A program made the position numbers and the translations under genes. Source: Candidatus Aphodousia gallistercoris (GTDB taxonomy: Bacteria; Pseudomonadota; Gammaproteobacteria; Burkholderiales; Burkholderiaceae_F). Taken from it: a DNA stretch of 64,000 nucleotides. The DNA lies in assembly GCA_018714185.1 (NCBI GenBank), contig DVNT01000015.1, forward strand, positions 6,042 to 70,041. The letters run 5' to 3'. The notes beneath the pieces were generated by a model, which searched no databases, was not told the origin of the DNA, and saw nothing but the letters and a program-made list of their open reading frames with translations. Positions 18,445 through 29,656 of the stretch are shown here, one piece after another. Position 1 is the stretch's first letter; every line of letters begins with the position of its first letter.

Positions 18445-19539
18445 ATGGGATTGAAATGTGGCATCGTTGGTTTGCCTAACGTCGGCAAATCCACCATTTT
18501 TAACGCCTTAACCAAGGCCGGGATTGCGGCGGAAAATTATCCGTTTTGCACAATAGAACCCAATGTCGGCATTGTGGAAGTTCCTGACGCGCGATTGCAG
18601 CAATTAGCCGACATCGTTCATCCTCAGCGCATTGTCCCTGCCGTTGTCGAGTTTGTTGACATTGCCGGTTTAGTCGCCGGCGCAAGCAAGGGAGAAGGCC
18701 TCGGCAACCAGTTTTTGGCCAATATTCGCGAGTGCGACGCCATCGCCCATATCGTACGTTGCTTCAATGACGATAATGTCGTTCACGTAGCCGGTCACGT
18801 CGACCCGGCCGAAGACATTGAGGTCATCAACACGGAGCTGGCTTTGGCTGATTTGGCAACGGTTGAGAAAATGCTCAATAAGTACAGCAAACAAGCTCGG
18901 CAGGGCGGAGACAAAGAAGCACTCAAATTAGTGACCGTATTGGAAAAAATTCAGCCGGTTCTCAACGAGGGCAAACCGGCGCGCCAAGTCGCCTTAAGTA
19001 AGGAAGAGCGAGCCATTATCAAGCCGATTTGCCTACTGACAATCAAGCCGACCATGTACGTTGCCAATGTCAATGATTCTGGCTTTGAAAACAACCCTCT
19101 CCTGGACTCGGTAAAAGCCATTGCCGCAAAAGAGAATGCACCGGTGGTCGCCTTGTGTGCCAAGATTGAAGCCGAAATCGCCGAATTGGATGATGAGGAT
19201 AAGTCCATGTTCTTGGAAGACATGGGAATGCATGAGCCCGGACTCAACCGCGTTATTCGTGCCGGCTACGATCTGTTAGGTTTGCAGACATATTTCACGG
19301 CCGGAGAAAAGGAAGTTCGTGCTTGGACCATCCATAAGGGGGATACCGCTCCCAAGGCAGCCGGCGTCATTCATACCGATTTCGAGCGCGGGTTCATCCG
19401 TGCCCAGACCATCAGCTATGACGACTATATTGCCCATCATGGCGAAAAGGGTGCCCAGGAAGCCGGTAAGATGCGCGCCGAAGGAAAAGACTACATCGTC
19501 CAAGACGGCGATGTGATGAATTTCTTATTCAACGTCTAG
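18445..19539 (+). CDS. ychF: Redox-regulated ribosome-binding ATPase
   Basis: [25 protein letters not shown] domain. Confidence 0.98.
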   Translation: MGLKCGIVGLPNVGKSTIFNALTKAGIAAENYPFCTIEPNVGIVEVPDARLQQLADIVHPQRIVPAVVEFVDIAGLVAGASKGEGLGNQFLANIRECDAIAHIVRCFNDDNVVHVAGHVDPAEDIEVINTELALADLATVEKMLNKYSKQARQGGDKEALKLVTVLEKIQPVLNEGKPARQVALSKEERAIIKPICLLTIKPTMYVANVNDSGFENNPLLDSVKAIAAKENAPVVALCAKIEAEIAELDDEDKSMFLEDMGMHEPGLNRVIRAGYDLLGLQTYFTAGEKEVRAWTIHKGDTAPKAAGVIHTDFERGFIRAQTISYDDYIAHHGEKGAQEAGKMRAEGKDYIVQDGDVMNFLFNV

Positions 19540-19551
19540 ATATTTTAAAAT

Positions 19552-19585
19552 CAAAGGGACGGGCTTCAGCTCCGCCCCTTTGTTT
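19552..19585 (+). terminator. Terminator after ychF
   Basis: CAAAGGGACGG..CCGCCCCTTTG plus Ts. Confidence 0.65.
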
Positions 19586-19604
19586 ATTACCCTAGAAAAT
19601 TGCT

Positions 19605-19982
19605 ATGGCAACAGTGCTTTCGAAACGCCGTCGAGAATTCGGAGAAAGACTCCGCACTGAGCGTGAACGCTTGGGTTACACCGAGTTGCAGATTGCACAG
19701 TTGCTCGGCGTTCCCCTAGAGACATACCAAAAATTTGAGGAAGGTCAGGAAGATCCGGGGATTTTCAGAATGCCGCGGCTCAACGATTGCGGCTTTGACA
19801 TTCTTTTTATCATTACCAGCCAACGCCACAACCCGATAGAGGAAGAAAGTGAATTGCTTGCCCGTTTTCGCGAACTTTCAAACCGCGGACGGAATTCTAT
19901 TTTCATGACACTGGACGCTCTGGAGCGGCTCGCCCCCAATTTACGCCAAACAATCCGCGATAAATGGAAAAATAATAAGTGA
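19605..19982 (+). CDS. XRE/Cro-family HTH regulator
   Basis: FGERLRTERERLG..IAQLLGV..YQKFEEG; DILFIIT..EESELLARFR resembles phage-repressor-like XRE proteins. Confidence 0.85.
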   Translation: MATVLSKRRREFGERLRTERERLGYTELQIAQLLGVPLETYQKFEEGQEDPGIFRMPRLNDCGFDILFIITSQRHNPIEEESELLARFRELSNRGRNSIFMTLDALERLAPNLRQTIRDKWKNNK

Positions 19983-20070
19983 TTCGCTTTAGAGCTTGAT
20001 TCCCAAAATTCGTTTTTGTGATATGTTTAGCTCTTAGCAGCTGGTACCTATTTGAAACGGATGTCCTCTC

Positions 20071-22248
20071 ATGCGCTTTGTTCGTGCTTTCTTATGGATA
20101 ATCGCCCTCATTGCCCTGATTTTTCTCGGCTGTGTGGTGGCACTGTTTCTGCTAGTCACCCCGGATAAGGTGCAGGAGCGGCTTCAAGTCGCGCTCAGCG
20201 AAGCGGATTTAACGCTGCAAATGTCTGAACAGGCCGAAGTCAAAGTGCTTCCCACCATTCAAGTGACCCTGCCTGCCGCGCAGATTCTTGATTCGGAAAA
20301 CCGCGTTGTAGCGAGTCTGAGGAGCGCCTATTTTGATTTAAGCCCTTGGTGGTTGCTTCTCGGCAAAGTTCACATTCAGACCTTGGACATCGATGGGTTG
20401 GATTTTAATATCCGCAACCGCTCCATTGCAGACATTTCCCAGATTAAAACGGAAAAAACCGCTATTTTCAGCGATGTTTCCGTAGAAACTCTGTTGCTAA
20501 ACAACGCCCGACTGGAAGTTAGCCTTGGGGAAAAAACGCTGCAGCTGACTAACATGCAAGCTCGAGTTGCCTCTCCGGCTCCTCAAATGCATGCCCCGTT
20601 TCAAATCCTGTCTCAGGTCGCCTTTGTCCAAAATGGGGAATCGTTTTTGCTCGATACCGACCTGGCCGCGACGTTGGATCTGAACTTAGCAACCGGTGCC
20701 GTTATTTTTGAGAACCTTATTGTTCAAGCAAAGGGAACCCAAAACGGTGCTCCGGTAGAGCTTTCCTTTAGCTCGCCGTTGCTGCAAATTTCCAATGACC
20801 GTCTCTATACAAAGACCTCACAATTTCAGCTTCAGCAGCCTTCGCAGTCGCGGGAATTCCAGCTCTCCAGTGCTGAACTCAACATTACGAAACAAGCGGT
20901 TCAAGCCCCGGATATCCATACCTTGCTAAGACACGGAGCCGGCAACGAAAAATTTGAACTTGATGTTCGCTCGCCCGTAAACTTTAATCGCATCGACGGG
21001 GCTTTCGATGCCAGCCATCTTCAAGGGCATGTGTTGCTGCCGCACGCTGCGCAAACCAGTCCCTTATCCGGCCAAATTAAGGGCTCTATCTCGCAAAAAC
21101 ATTTCCAGGTCAGCCTTTATAGCCGCTTTAACGAGGCGCCTTTCAGCTTTCAGGGAGAATGGGCCGGCTTGGACAAGCCCCGGATTACCGGAGAGGTCGT
21201 GATCGGACGATTAAAAGCCTCGGATATTGCGCTGTTATCAAATGTAAGCCCACGCAGGGAAAGCAACGATCGCACTTTCTCAAATGATGCCGCTTCAACG
21301 GCAAAGCCGTCCGGTAGCGAGCCCAACAATGTCAACGATATGCCGCAAGAAGAGCCCGCAGCGACACCTCAGACAGCACCGGCTGAAGTCGTAGAGAACG
21401 CCTCATCAGCGCCAACACCCTCTCCTCAAGAGGATTTAGGCTCTACGGCCGAAGTCTCTGCTCCCGAATACGACTTCGATCTCTTCGATAAAGTCGATTT
21501 CGACGGCAACGTGGTTGTTGGTGAGCTACAAATCGGAGAACTTCGCTTACTTCAAACCAAGGCGCCTTTAGTCATACGTGACGGCCGCTTGCAGTGGAGC
21601 GGGCTTCGCTCGATCTTCTACGACGGTCGCTCCGAAGCGGACATCTCCATTACATCAGAGGGACACTGGAGCCTTTCTTTCAATGCCGATAATGTCAACT
21701 TACAAAATTTAACGGCCGATGCCGGCGCCACTGACAGCGTTGGCGGCGTTTTGAACGTGCAGGCGCACTTTTTCGGCGAAGGACTGGATGAAGAAACGGT
21801 GAGCGGACAAGTAGGTTTTGCCGTCACGAATACGCGCTTTTACGGGCTGCAAATTTCGGACGCTCTGAGCAGCATTGCCAAATATCAGCCGGTAAAAACC
21901 GATGCAAAAGCATTTACTGATGTTGAAAAACTCAACGGAGTGGCAACGGTACGCGAGGGGCTGGTCAACCTTTCCCCCTTATCGGTTCGATTAGCGGGCA
22001 GCCGCTTGGAAGGCAATGCAGCACTCGACGTTTCCACTGCAAGCCTTAAAGGATCTTTAGACGGGACGGTTCGGGGTTTAAAAACCAAGCTCTACCTATC
22101 CGGTCCGTGGTACCAGCCCATGATTGCCGTCAATGACGAAGAAATTAAATCGGCCAATCAGATTGAGGCCCCGGCCCCGAAACCGGAACCTCCCAAGGAA
22201 CCGACGCGTTGGGAAAAATTAAAGAATTTTTTCAGCAACTATTTCTAG
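20071..22248 (+). CDS. AsmA-family protein
   Basis: N-terminal TM anchor, beta-rich repeats, AsmA-like C-terminus (LSGPWYQP). Confidence 0.7.
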   Translation: MRFVRAFLWIIALIALIFLGCVVALFLLVTPDKVQERLQVALSEADLTLQMSEQAEVKVLPTIQVTLPAAQILDSENRVVASLRSAYFDLSPWWLLLGKVHIQTLDIDGLDFNIRNRSIADISQIKTEKTAIFSDVSVETLLLNNARLEVSLGEKTLQLTNMQARVASPAPQMHAPFQILSQVAFVQNGESFLLDTDLAATLDLNLATGAVIFENLIVQAKGTQNGAPVELSFSSPLLQISNDRLYTKTSQFQLQQPSQSREFQLSSAELNITKQAVQAPDIHTLLRHGAGNEKFELDVRSPVNFNRIDGAFDASHLQGHVLLPHAAQTSPLSGQIKGSISQKHFQVSLYSRFNEAPFSFQGEWAGLDKPRITGEVVIGRLKASDIALLSNVSPRRESNDRTFSNDAASTAKPSGSEPNNVNDMPQEEPAATPQTAPAEVVENASSAPTPSPQEDLGSTAEVSAPEYDFDLFDKVDFDGNVVVGELQIGELRLLQTKAPLVIRDGRLQWSGLRSIFYDGRSEADISITSEGHWSLSFNADNVNLQNLTADAGATDSVGGVLNVQAHFFGEGLDEETVSGQVGFAVTNTRFYGLQISDALSSIAKYQPVKTDAKAFTDVEKLNGVATVREGLVNLSPLSVRLAGSRLEGNAALDVSTASLKGSLDGTVRGLKTKLYLSGPWYQPMIAVNDEEIKSANQIEAPAPKPEPPKEPTRWEKLKNFFSNYF

Positions 22249-22287
22249 ATTAGACAGAGGCCCGAAGAGAAAAGTCCGGGCCTCAGT

Positions 22288-23220
22288 TTAAGAAATGCCG
22301 ACCAATGCGTTCGCAAAGGCTTGTGCATCAAAAGGCTGAAGATCGTCAATCGTCTCACCCACACCGATAAAATAAATCGGGATCGGCTTTTCTGCGCGCA
22401 TTCTGGTAATCGCCACCAAGACTCCCCCTTTTGCCGTTCCGTCCAGCTTCGTGATGATAAGCCCTGTCAACGGCACGGCTTGGTCAAAGGCAGCAACCTG
22501 GGACAAAGCGTTTTGGCCATTGGTGCCGTCAATAACCAAAATGACCTCATGCGGAGCTCCCTGCATCGCCTTATTTTGCGAACGCGCAATACGCTTTAAC
22601 TCCTCCATTAACCGTGTTTGCGTCGTCAAGCGCCCGGCAGTATCGACGATTACGACATCGGCTCCTCGAGCCTTGCCGGCACTGACGGCATCGAAAGCGA
22701 CCGCCGCCGGATCTCCTCCGTTTTGGGCGATCACTTCAACACGGTTTCTTTCTCCCCAAACAGCTAACTGTTCTCGAGCGGCCGCCCGGAAAGTGTCGCC
22801 GGCGGCAAGCAAAACACTTTTATCGGCTTTAGCCAGCCACTTACTGATTTTGCCGATGGAGGTCGTCTTTCCCGCGCCATTGACACCGATCATCATCATG
22901 ACAAGCGGTTTTGCACGCGACAAATCCATGTGGCCTTCTGCAGGCTTGAGTAACTTCACTAATTCATCGCGCAGTTCCAAACGTACTTCGTCTTGGGTTT
23001 TCAACCCCTTAAGCTTGATACTTTCTCGGAGCGTTTCGAGCAAATCGGATACAGTTTGAACACCCATATCCGCCGATATTAAAGCGAACTCCAGCTCTTC
23101 CAAGAAGTCTTCGTCGACTTTCCCGCCGGTAAAAAGACCGATAATATTGAGCCGAGTTTTGTGTAACCCGTTCTTGAGGCGATCAAACCAACCTGTTTTT
23201 TTCGTTTCAGACGTTATCAT
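22288..23220 (-). CDS. ftsY: SRP receptor FtsY
   Basis: GVNGAGKTT, DTFRAAA, DTAGR, TKLDGTAKGG. Confidence 0.97.
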   Translation of the reverse strand: MITSETKKTGWFDRLKNGLHKTRLNIIGLFTGGKVDEDFLEELEFALISADMGVQTVSDLLETLRESIKLKGLKTQDEVRLELRDELVKLLKPAEGHMDLSRAKPLVMMMIGVNGAGKTTSIGKISKWLAKADKSVLLAAGDTFRAAAREQLAVWGERNRVEVIAQNGGDPAAVAFDAVSAGKARGADVVIVDTAGRLTTQTRLMEELKRIARSQNKAMQGAPHEVILVIDGTNGQNALSQVAAFDQAVPLTGLIITKLDGTAKGGVLVAITRMRAEKPIPIYFIGVGETIDDLQPFDAQAFANALVGIS

Positions 23221-23235
23221 TAGAGTATGCGTCCC

Positions 23236-23868
23236 ATGAAGAAAGAAATTCGTCACAATCAACGTGACGTAAGTTTACCAAGAGTGCGCCCCCAAGGAGC
23301 GGGAGTTGTCAGAATCATCGCCGGTCAATGGCGACGCACTCCGTTGCCTGTTGCACAGCTGCCGGGGCTTCGGCCGACTGGCGACCGCATAAGAGAAACC
23401 GTTTTTAACTGGTTGCAGTTTTTGCTGGTTGATTTAACCGAAGTCAACGGCTTGGATATGTTTGCCGGCTCCGGCGCCCTCGGGTTCGAATTGGCCAGTC
23501 GAGGCGCCAAGCGAGTGTTGCTTTTTGAAAAAAATAAGATCGCCGCCCGCAATCTCTCCGGCATAAAAGCCAAACTAAAAGCCAACAATTTAGAAGTCAT
23601 CAACGGCGACTGTCTGAACTTTTTATCTCGCTCAAGCGAACGCTTCGACATCATCTTCATTGACCCGCCTTTTGCTTTAAATTACCATGAAAAGGCTATC
23701 GAGGCCGCCTGCAGGCACTTGAATCCGGGCGCCTTAATCTACGTTGAATCGCCGGCGGACTGGTCATGTGAAGAACTGTTTAAGAGGTTTGCCCTGGAAA
23801 TTGTCCGCGATGGGCATGCCGGCGCTGTGGCCTATCGGATATTAAGAAAAAAGGAGTGCGAATTGTGA
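23236..23868 (+). CDS. rsmD: 16S rRNA m2G966 methyltransferase
   Basis: RIIAGQWR, LRPTGDRIRET, FAGSGALG, DPPF. Confidence 0.95.
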   Translation: MKKEIRHNQRDVSLPRVRPQGAGVVRIIAGQWRRTPLPVAQLPGLRPTGDRIRETVFNWLQFLLVDLTEVNGLDMFAGSGALGFELASRGAKRVLLFEKNKIAARNLSGIKAKLKANNLEVINGDCLNFLSRSSERFDIIFIDPPFALNYHEKAIEAACRHLNPGALIYVESPADWSCEELFKRFALEIVRDGHAGAVAYRILRKKECEL

Positions 23869-24347
23869 CTATTGCTGTTTATGCCGGCACGTTTGACCCC
23901 TTCACTCTCGGGCATGAAGATGTTCTTGACCGTGCCAGGCAAATTTTTGATACGGTCATCGTTGCCGTTGCTGCAGACACGGGGCGCAGCACCTTTTTCA
24001 CCTTCGAAGAACGAGTGCAATTGGCTCGGCAGGTTATCGGGGAAAAAAGCCGTGTTCGCGTCATGGGCTTTGAGGGCTTACTTTGCGAATTTATAGAGCA
24101 ACAGCACGCTACAGTTCTTATTCGCGGCGTTCGCAACGGCAGTGACTTCGATTATGAAACGCGTATGGCTGCCGTTAACCGCGCCTTAAACCCGCATGCC
24201 CAAACGGTTTTCTTTCCCCCTATCAGCAACACCCAAGCAATCTCGGGCTCTCTTGTCAGAGAAATCCACCGTTTAGGCGGAGACGTTTCCGCCTTTGTCA
24301 GCCCGATTGTGCGGCAAGCGTTAGAGCGAAAGCGCCGCTCCTTGTAG
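23865..24347 (+). CDS. coaD: Phosphopantetheine adenylyltransferase
   Basis: YAGTFDPFTLGH, RGVRNGSDFDYE; GTG overlaps the rsmD TGA, SD AAGGAG. Confidence 0.95.
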   Translation: MTIAVYAGTFDPFTLGHEDVLDRARQIFDTVIVAVAADTGRSTFFTFEERVQLARQVIGEKSRVRVMGFEGLLCEFIEQQHATVLIRGVRNGSDFDYETRMAAVNRALNPHAQTVFFPPISNTQAISGSLVREIHRLGGDVSAFVSPIVRQALERKRRSL

Positions 24348-24359
24348 AGGTTCTTTTTT

Positions 24360-25826
24360 ATGCATTTAGCAGCAATCGATCTTGGCTCGAATAGTTTCCG
24401 TTTGCAAATCGGCCGAGTGGATAACAACTCCATCATTCCGGAAACTTACCTGAAAGAGGGAGTTCGGATCGCCGCAGGTCTAGATGCTCAGGGATTTCTA
24501 ACCGAAGAGGCCCAGCAGCGAGCCTTGGACGCTTTGTCACGCTTTAGTACCCGCATTAAAGATCTCCCTCAGTCGTGTGTTCGCGCTGTAGGGACTCAAA
24601 CGTTACGGATAGCCAAAAATACCCCCGAGTTTCTTGAAAAAGCCCAAATGGCGCTCGGCTTTCCGATTGAGGTCTTGCGCGGCAAGGAGGAAGCCCGCCT
24701 CATTTACCTGGGCTGCTCGCATGCCCTACCGAACTCCGAACAAAAGCGGCTTATCGTCGATATCGGAGGAGGCTCAACGGAACTGGCAATCGGACAACAA
24801 TACAACGTGCTGGCCTGCGACTCGTTTCACGTGGGCTGCGTCAATATGACGCTGGAGTATTTTCGCGACGGCAAAATTACCCGGGAGCGGTTTGAAGCGG
24901 CACGCCTTGCCGCTTATGCAGAATTAATCAATGCCAGACGCCGTTTCAATGCCTCGTACTGGTCTTGCGCTTACGGCTCCTCCGGCTCGATGGAGGCAGT
25001 GTTTGCGCTTACCCGTTCTTTGGGCATTGATTCTGCCGTTGTAACAAAGCAAGATCTCCTCCTTATTCGAGATCTCTTCATCAAGTTCGGTGATATTAGA
25101 AACATTTGCATGCAAGATCTGCATCAATCGCGTAAAGATGTCATTGTCGGCGGACTGGCCGTATTATCAGCCGTTTTTGACGCTTTAGACATAGAAACGA
25201 TGGGGTTTTCTTCCGGCGCTTTGCGCATGGGCGTGCTTTATGACTTAAACGACAAACTCCTGCACCGAGACTGTCGCGATGCCAGTATCGACAAACTGAT
25301 GACCATGGCATCCCTCAACAATGAGCAAGCGGCTTCGGTCGACCGAATCAGCCGTAGCTTATTTAGCAGCCTGATTCCCGAGGGATTGCAAGAGGAGAGA
25401 AAATGCCTACACTGGGCTGCCTTGTTGCACGAAATCGGCAGCGGCATCAGCCCCAACGGCTACCACCGCCACGGCGCCTACATCATTGAGCATGCCGACT
25501 TGGTGGGCTTTTCCTCTTCGACCCAAAAGTGGCTCTCCGACCTTATCCTCGGGCAGCGCGGCCGGTTGCTAAAAATCTCCCACCGCTTGGAGGATTCGAT
25601 TTGGACGGCCAGCCTGTTGGCGCTGCGCTTGGCCTGCATTTTTGCTCAAGAGAGAGACTCCTCGGTACAGCCTCGGCTTAAACTCTTTGCCCGAGGAGCT
25701 CGGCAATTTGAACTTATCATTGAAAATGAGGACTGGCTGCAATCACATCCGTTAACATATTTTCTTTTAAAGGATGAAGCAAGGCATTGGAAAGCCGTAC
25801 AATATACCTTTGAATTTAAAAACTAG
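24360..25826 (+). CDS. ppx: Exopolyphosphatase (Ppx/GppA)
   Basis: IDLGSNSFR, EEARLIY, DIGGGSTE, LHEIG. Confidence 0.92.
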   Translation: MHLAAIDLGSNSFRLQIGRVDNNSIIPETYLKEGVRIAAGLDAQGFLTEEAQQRALDALSRFSTRIKDLPQSCVRAVGTQTLRIAKNTPEFLEKAQMALGFPIEVLRGKEEARLIYLGCSHALPNSEQKRLIVDIGGGSTELAIGQQYNVLACDSFHVGCVNMTLEYFRDGKITRERFEAARLAAYAELINARRRFNASYWSCAYGSSGSMEAVFALTRSLGIDSAVVTKQDLLLIRDLFIKFGDIRNICMQDLHQSRKDVIVGGLAVLSAVFDALDIETMGFSSGALRMGVLYDLNDKLLHRDCRDASIDKLMTMASLNNEQAASVDRISRSLFSSLIPEGLQEERKCLHWAALLHEIGSGISPNGYHRHGAYIIEHADLVGFSSSTQKWLSDLILGQRGRLLKISHRLEDSIWTASLLALRLACIFAQERDSSVQPRLKLFARGARQFELIIENEDWLQSHPLTYFLLKDEARHWKAVQYTFEFKN

Positions 25827-25840
25827 TTGTTGATTTTTTC

Positions 25841-26527
25841 ATGCAAGAACCCGTAGTGCCCCGCGATAATCCACTTGTGGAATTAGCCCATGTTTTCATG
25901 GACTTCGGTGACTTACAAGTGCTCAGAGACGTATCGGTAAAAATTTACCGAGGGGAATTTGTTGTCTTGCATGGCGATACCGGCTGCGGCAAATCGACCG
26001 TATTGCGCTTGATTGCCGGATTACTCAACCCGACCAAAGGCGCTGTCCGCGTTGCCGGAGAAGACGTACAGAATTTTTCCGTTTTGCAACGTCGGTGGCT
26101 GCGCCGCGCCATCGGCTTGATGATGCAAGACTCTCCCCTATTGCCTGACAGAACGATCATTGAAAATGTCATGCTGCCTGCGCTGGCGGCAGAGTCCACT
26201 ACGGCCCAAGCCCGGCAGCAAGCCTTAGCCGCGTTGTCGAGGTGCCACATGTCGGAGTTGGCTTATGCAATGCCGATTGACTTATCGGCCGGTCAGCGCC
26301 AACAGGTTAGCTTGGCACGGGCCGTTGTCAATTTACCCGTACTCATTTTGGCCGATGAACCGGCAGCGCACTTGGACGCCAATAATGCCCAAACCCTCAT
26401 CAATTTACTTGGCGAATTCGCCAGTGCCGGGGTTACCGTTATTGTCGCTTCCCACTTGCTGCTTGCTCCACGAGACATCCCGTATCGTGAAGTGAGATTT
26501 GCCTCCCAACACGGAGCGTTTCGATGA
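25841..26527 (+). CDS. ftsE: Cell division ABC ATPase FtsE-like
   Basis: GDTGCGKS, LSAGQRQ, ADEP; precedes ftsX-rpoH. Confidence 0.8.
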   Translation: MQEPVVPRDNPLVELAHVFMDFGDLQVLRDVSVKIYRGEFVVLHGDTGCGKSTVLRLIAGLLNPTKGAVRVAGEDVQNFSVLQRRWLRRAIGLMMQDSPLLPDRTIIENVMLPALAAESTTAQARQQALAALSRCHMSELAYAMPIDLSAGQRQQVSLARAVVNLPVLILADEPAAHLDANNAQTLINLLGEFASAGVTVIVASHLLLAPRDIPYREVRFASQHGAFR

Positions 26528-27435
26528 GCTTTCTATCTTCTCGTGCTTGGGCTTTTCAGCAGGTCTTTCGCGGCATCCGAAACGCCAAGGGAGTCTTTTT
26601 CCTTGCCTTAGCCCTTGCCAGCTTGTCGCTAACGATCCCCGTCTTTATTGCGAGCATCGTTTACGGTCTTTCCGAACCGTTGCGCTCAGTGCCTGTTGCG
26701 CCGGAAGTCACCGTTTTCACGACGGACGACATTACCAAAAGCCAAATGGATAACCTCCAGGCCCGCATCGGACGGCATGAACATGTCATGAAAATCACCG
26801 TTATCCCTAAAGAGGATGCCTTCGAGGCCCTGAATGAGAATTTGGGAATTAAAAAGAACAATACGGATACGGCTGCCAATCCGTTGCCGGATCTGATTAT
26901 TGTCACCTTGGACCAGAATATGTCCTCAGAGGCCATTGAGAAAACCGCCCAAAGCATCGAAAAACTAAAAGGGGTTGACATGGTCGCCTATGACAGTACT
27001 TGGCTGACCAAGCTTGAAGCCATATACGATGCCCTTTTTAACTTGGGAGTGATCTTTACGGTCATCACGTTGGCTCTTTTAGTGTGTGTTATCACCGCCA
27101 GCGTCCGCTTAGCGGCCGATGCGCAAAAAACCGAACTCAGCATGCTCTACCTTTTCGGTGCTTCCGCCGCTTTTTCAATCCGTCCCTACGCTTGGCGCGG
27201 CTTCCTCACCATGGGGTTGGCCGCCATCATTGCGTTAGCACTGTCACGCTTTGCCACCGGCTTTCTCAATGAGGCGTTGCTTAGCGTCGGCAAACAGTAC
27301 GGAACCCAAATTGTTATATCTGCTCTACCTTGGGAATTTAACCTTGGTTTTATAATCTTCTGCGCTTTGTTGGGCGGCTTGATTGCAAGCATCATCACCC
27401 AACGAGCCATTGCGAAAATCGAGCAAATCGATTAA
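26524..27435 (+). CDS. ftsX: Cell division permease FtsX
   Basis: 4 TM segments, NPLP motif, LFGA..FSIRPY. Confidence 0.85.
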   Translation: MSFLSSRAWAFQQVFRGIRNAKGVFFLALALASLSLTIPVFIASIVYGLSEPLRSVPVAPEVTVFTTDDITKSQMDNLQARIGRHEHVMKITVIPKEDAFEALNENLGIKKNNTDTAANPLPDLIIVTLDQNMSSEAIEKTAQSIEKLKGVDMVAYDSTWLTKLEAIYDALFNLGVIFTVITLALLVCVITASVRLAADAQKTELSMLYLFGASAAFSIRPYAWRGFLTMGLAAIIALALSRFATGFLNEALLSVGKQYGTQIVISALPWEFNLGFIIFCALLGGLIASIITQRAIAKIEQID

Positions 27436-27453
27436 TTCTTCTGAACATTGACC

Positions 27454-28386
27454 ATGTCTGATAAAACGGAGTCTAAGCCAACAACCGGCCAGGCTTTGGT
27501 TCCCTACCAAAGCAAGGTGCCCGCTGTCATCCCCAGTTTGGGAAACTTGGATGCTTATATCCAGGCAGCCAACCGCGTGCCGATACTTTCTTACGAGCAA
27601 GAAAAAGAGCTGATTGAAAGACTTCACAAAAACAACGATATGGCAGCCGGCCGAGACTTAGTGATGGCACACCTGAGGCTGGTGATTGCCATTGCTCGAA
27701 ACTACTTAGGGTACGGAATCCCTCACGCCGACCTTATCCAGGAAGGCAATATCGGCCTGCTGAAGGCCATTAAGCATTACGAGCCCTCGCACGGAGCTCG
27801 GTTAATGACGTTCGCCGAGTATTGGATTCGTTCCGAAATCCAGGATTACATTATCAAGAATTGGCGTCAGGTCAAGCTAGCCACGACAAAAGCTCAGCGT
27901 AAACTTTTCTTTAATTTACGCTCAATGAGAGGGGAGAATGCCTTGACGTATTCCCAAGCCGGGGAAATCGCCAAAGAACTTGACGTTAAGCCGTCCGAAG
28001 TTCTGGAAATGGAGCAACGGATGTACGGCAACGACACACCGATTGATGTGCCAGCTGACGACGATCCCGACGCAAAGCAAACGGCACCTATCCAATGGTT
28101 GGCCTCTGAAAAAGAGGAACCCTCAAGAATCTTGGAGCAAAAGGATGAAGAGCGGATGCAAAAGGAAGGCATTCGCCAGGCCCTCATGAGTTTGGATGAA
28201 CGCAGTCGGAAAGTGATCCAAGCCCGATGGCTTCATGAAGATGAAAATGGCAATGTCGCTCCCAAAACCCTGCAGGAACTCGCCGATGAACTCGGCGTTT
28301 CCGCCGAGCGCGTCCGCCAAATTGAAAAGAATGCATTAATTAAAATGAGAAAGGCGCTTACAGCGCCGCCGGATGAGTATGTTTAG
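27454..28386 (+). CDS. rpoH: RNA polymerase sigma-32
   Basis: [10 protein letters not shown], RpoH box [16 protein letters not shown]. Confidence 0.95.
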   Translation: MSDKTESKPTTGQALVPYQSKVPAVIPSLGNLDAYIQAANRVPILSYEQEKELIERLHKNNDMAAGRDLVMAHLRLVIAIARNYLGYGIPHADLIQEGNIGLLKAIKHYEPSHGARLMTFAEYWIRSEIQDYIIKNWRQVKLATTKAQRKLFFNLRSMRGENALTYSQAGEIAKELDVKPSEVLEMEQRMYGNDTPIDVPADDDPDAKQTAPIQWLASEKEEPSRILEQKDEERMQKEGIRQALMSLDERSRKVIQARWLHEDENGNVAPKTLQELADELGVSAERVRQIEKNALIKMRKALTAPPDEYV

Positions 28387-28849
28387 AATTGTTTTAGTTG
28401 CCCCTGAAATTCCCCCTAACACGGGAAATATTATTCGTTTAAGCGCCAATACTGGCTGTGAATTGCACTTGGTGGAACCGCTTGGTTTTTCCTTGGATGA
28501 TAAGCACATGATCCGGGCTGGGCTTGATTACCATGAATACGCCACGGTAAAAGTTCATAAAAGCTTCGAGGCTTTTTTACAAGCGGAAAATCCCGACCGC
28601 AGCCGCATGTTTGCCATGACCACGAAAGGCTCTCACCCTTTTGCACAGTCACATTTTCTGCCCGGAGATTGGTTTGTTTTCGGTAGCGAGGGACACGGCC
28701 TTCCCGACTGCATTCGCAACAGCTTTCCTGAGTCTCAGCGCATCCGCCTTCCCATGCGGCCCAACAACCGCTCATTGAATTTGTCAAACTCGGTGGCTGT
28801 CACGATCTATGAGGCGTGGCGCCAAAACGGCTACGAGGGCGGCATTTAA
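28379..28849 (+). CDS. trmL: tRNA (cytidine/uridine-34-2'-O)-methyltransferase
   Basis: [28 protein letters not shown]. Confidence 0.95.
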   Translation: MFRIVLVAPEIPPNTGNIIRLSANTGCELHLVEPLGFSLDDKHMIRAGLDYHEYATVKVHKSFEAFLQAENPDRSRMFAMTTKGSHPFAQSHFLPGDWFVFGSEGHGLPDCIRNSFPESQRIRLPMRPNNRSLNLSNSVAVTIYEAWRQNGYEGGI

Positions 28850-28909
28850 TTTTCCCTCACCCCAGGTGCCGCCGCAGCTAACGCCTCGGCGGCCTTTTTT
28901 GCGGAAAGC

Positions 28910-29596
28910 CTAGTTCTTTTGCTGCAAGCTCTCCAACAGGTAGCGGTCCATATGCCGCTCTGCCGCAAAGACAGCGGCCTGTACCCGAGAGCTGAAATCG
29001 AATCGACGCATAATCCGCTGCAAGTGAGCTTTAACCGTGCTTTCGGACATGTTGAGCATTTGCGCCATCTCGCGATTGCTGGCCCCTTGGGCTAAACAAC
29101 CTAAAATTTGCCGCTCGCGCTCGGTCAGACTACGCACGGTTTCAGGCCGTACCTCCGGCATGAGGCTCAGATGCTTGGCGCGAATGCCATTGACAAATTT
29201 ACTCGTCATTTCCGGCGACATCACGCTTTCACCGGCAACGATCTTGCGGATGCTGTTTACGAGATAGTCAGCATCAATATTCTTGACCAAATAGCCTCGA
29301 GCCCCCAGCACAAACGCCTCTTTCAGGTCTTCGGCATCCTCACTGACAGTAAGCATTACGACCGGAAGCTGGCGGTTCATTTCCAACATTTGCGCTAACG
29401 CCTCGGTCCCGTTCATCACGGGCATGTCCAAATCCAGCAAGACCAAGTCCGGCTTGAGCTGTTCGGCTAGCTTAACCCCCTCCAAGCCGTCGGAAGCTTC
29501 TCCAACCACCTCAAAATCATCCTGCCGAGACAGCAAGGCCTTTAAACCGGAACGAAACAAAGTGTGGTCATCAACCAATAAAATGCGAATGGACAT
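28910..29596 (-). CDS. NarL/NarP-family response regulator
   Basis: VDDH, LLDLDMP, LTVSED, LuxR-type HTH. Confidence 0.9.
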   Translation of the reverse strand: MSIRILLVDDHTLFRSGLKALLSRQDDFEVVGEASDGLEGVKLAEQLKPDLVLLDLDMPVMNGTEALAQMLEMNRQLPVVMLTVSEDAEDLKEAFVLGARGYLVKNIDADYLVNSIRKIVAGESVMSPEMTSKFVNGIRAKHLSLMPEVRPETVRSLTERERQILGCLAQGASNREMAQMLNMSESTVKAHLQRIMRRFDFSSRVQAAVFAAERHMDRYLLESLQQKN

Positions 29597-29656
29597 AGCC
29601 TTTTTTACTCCTAGTGACAGCTTGCTTTACGGGCCTTTAGCGACAATGGCGCGTGC

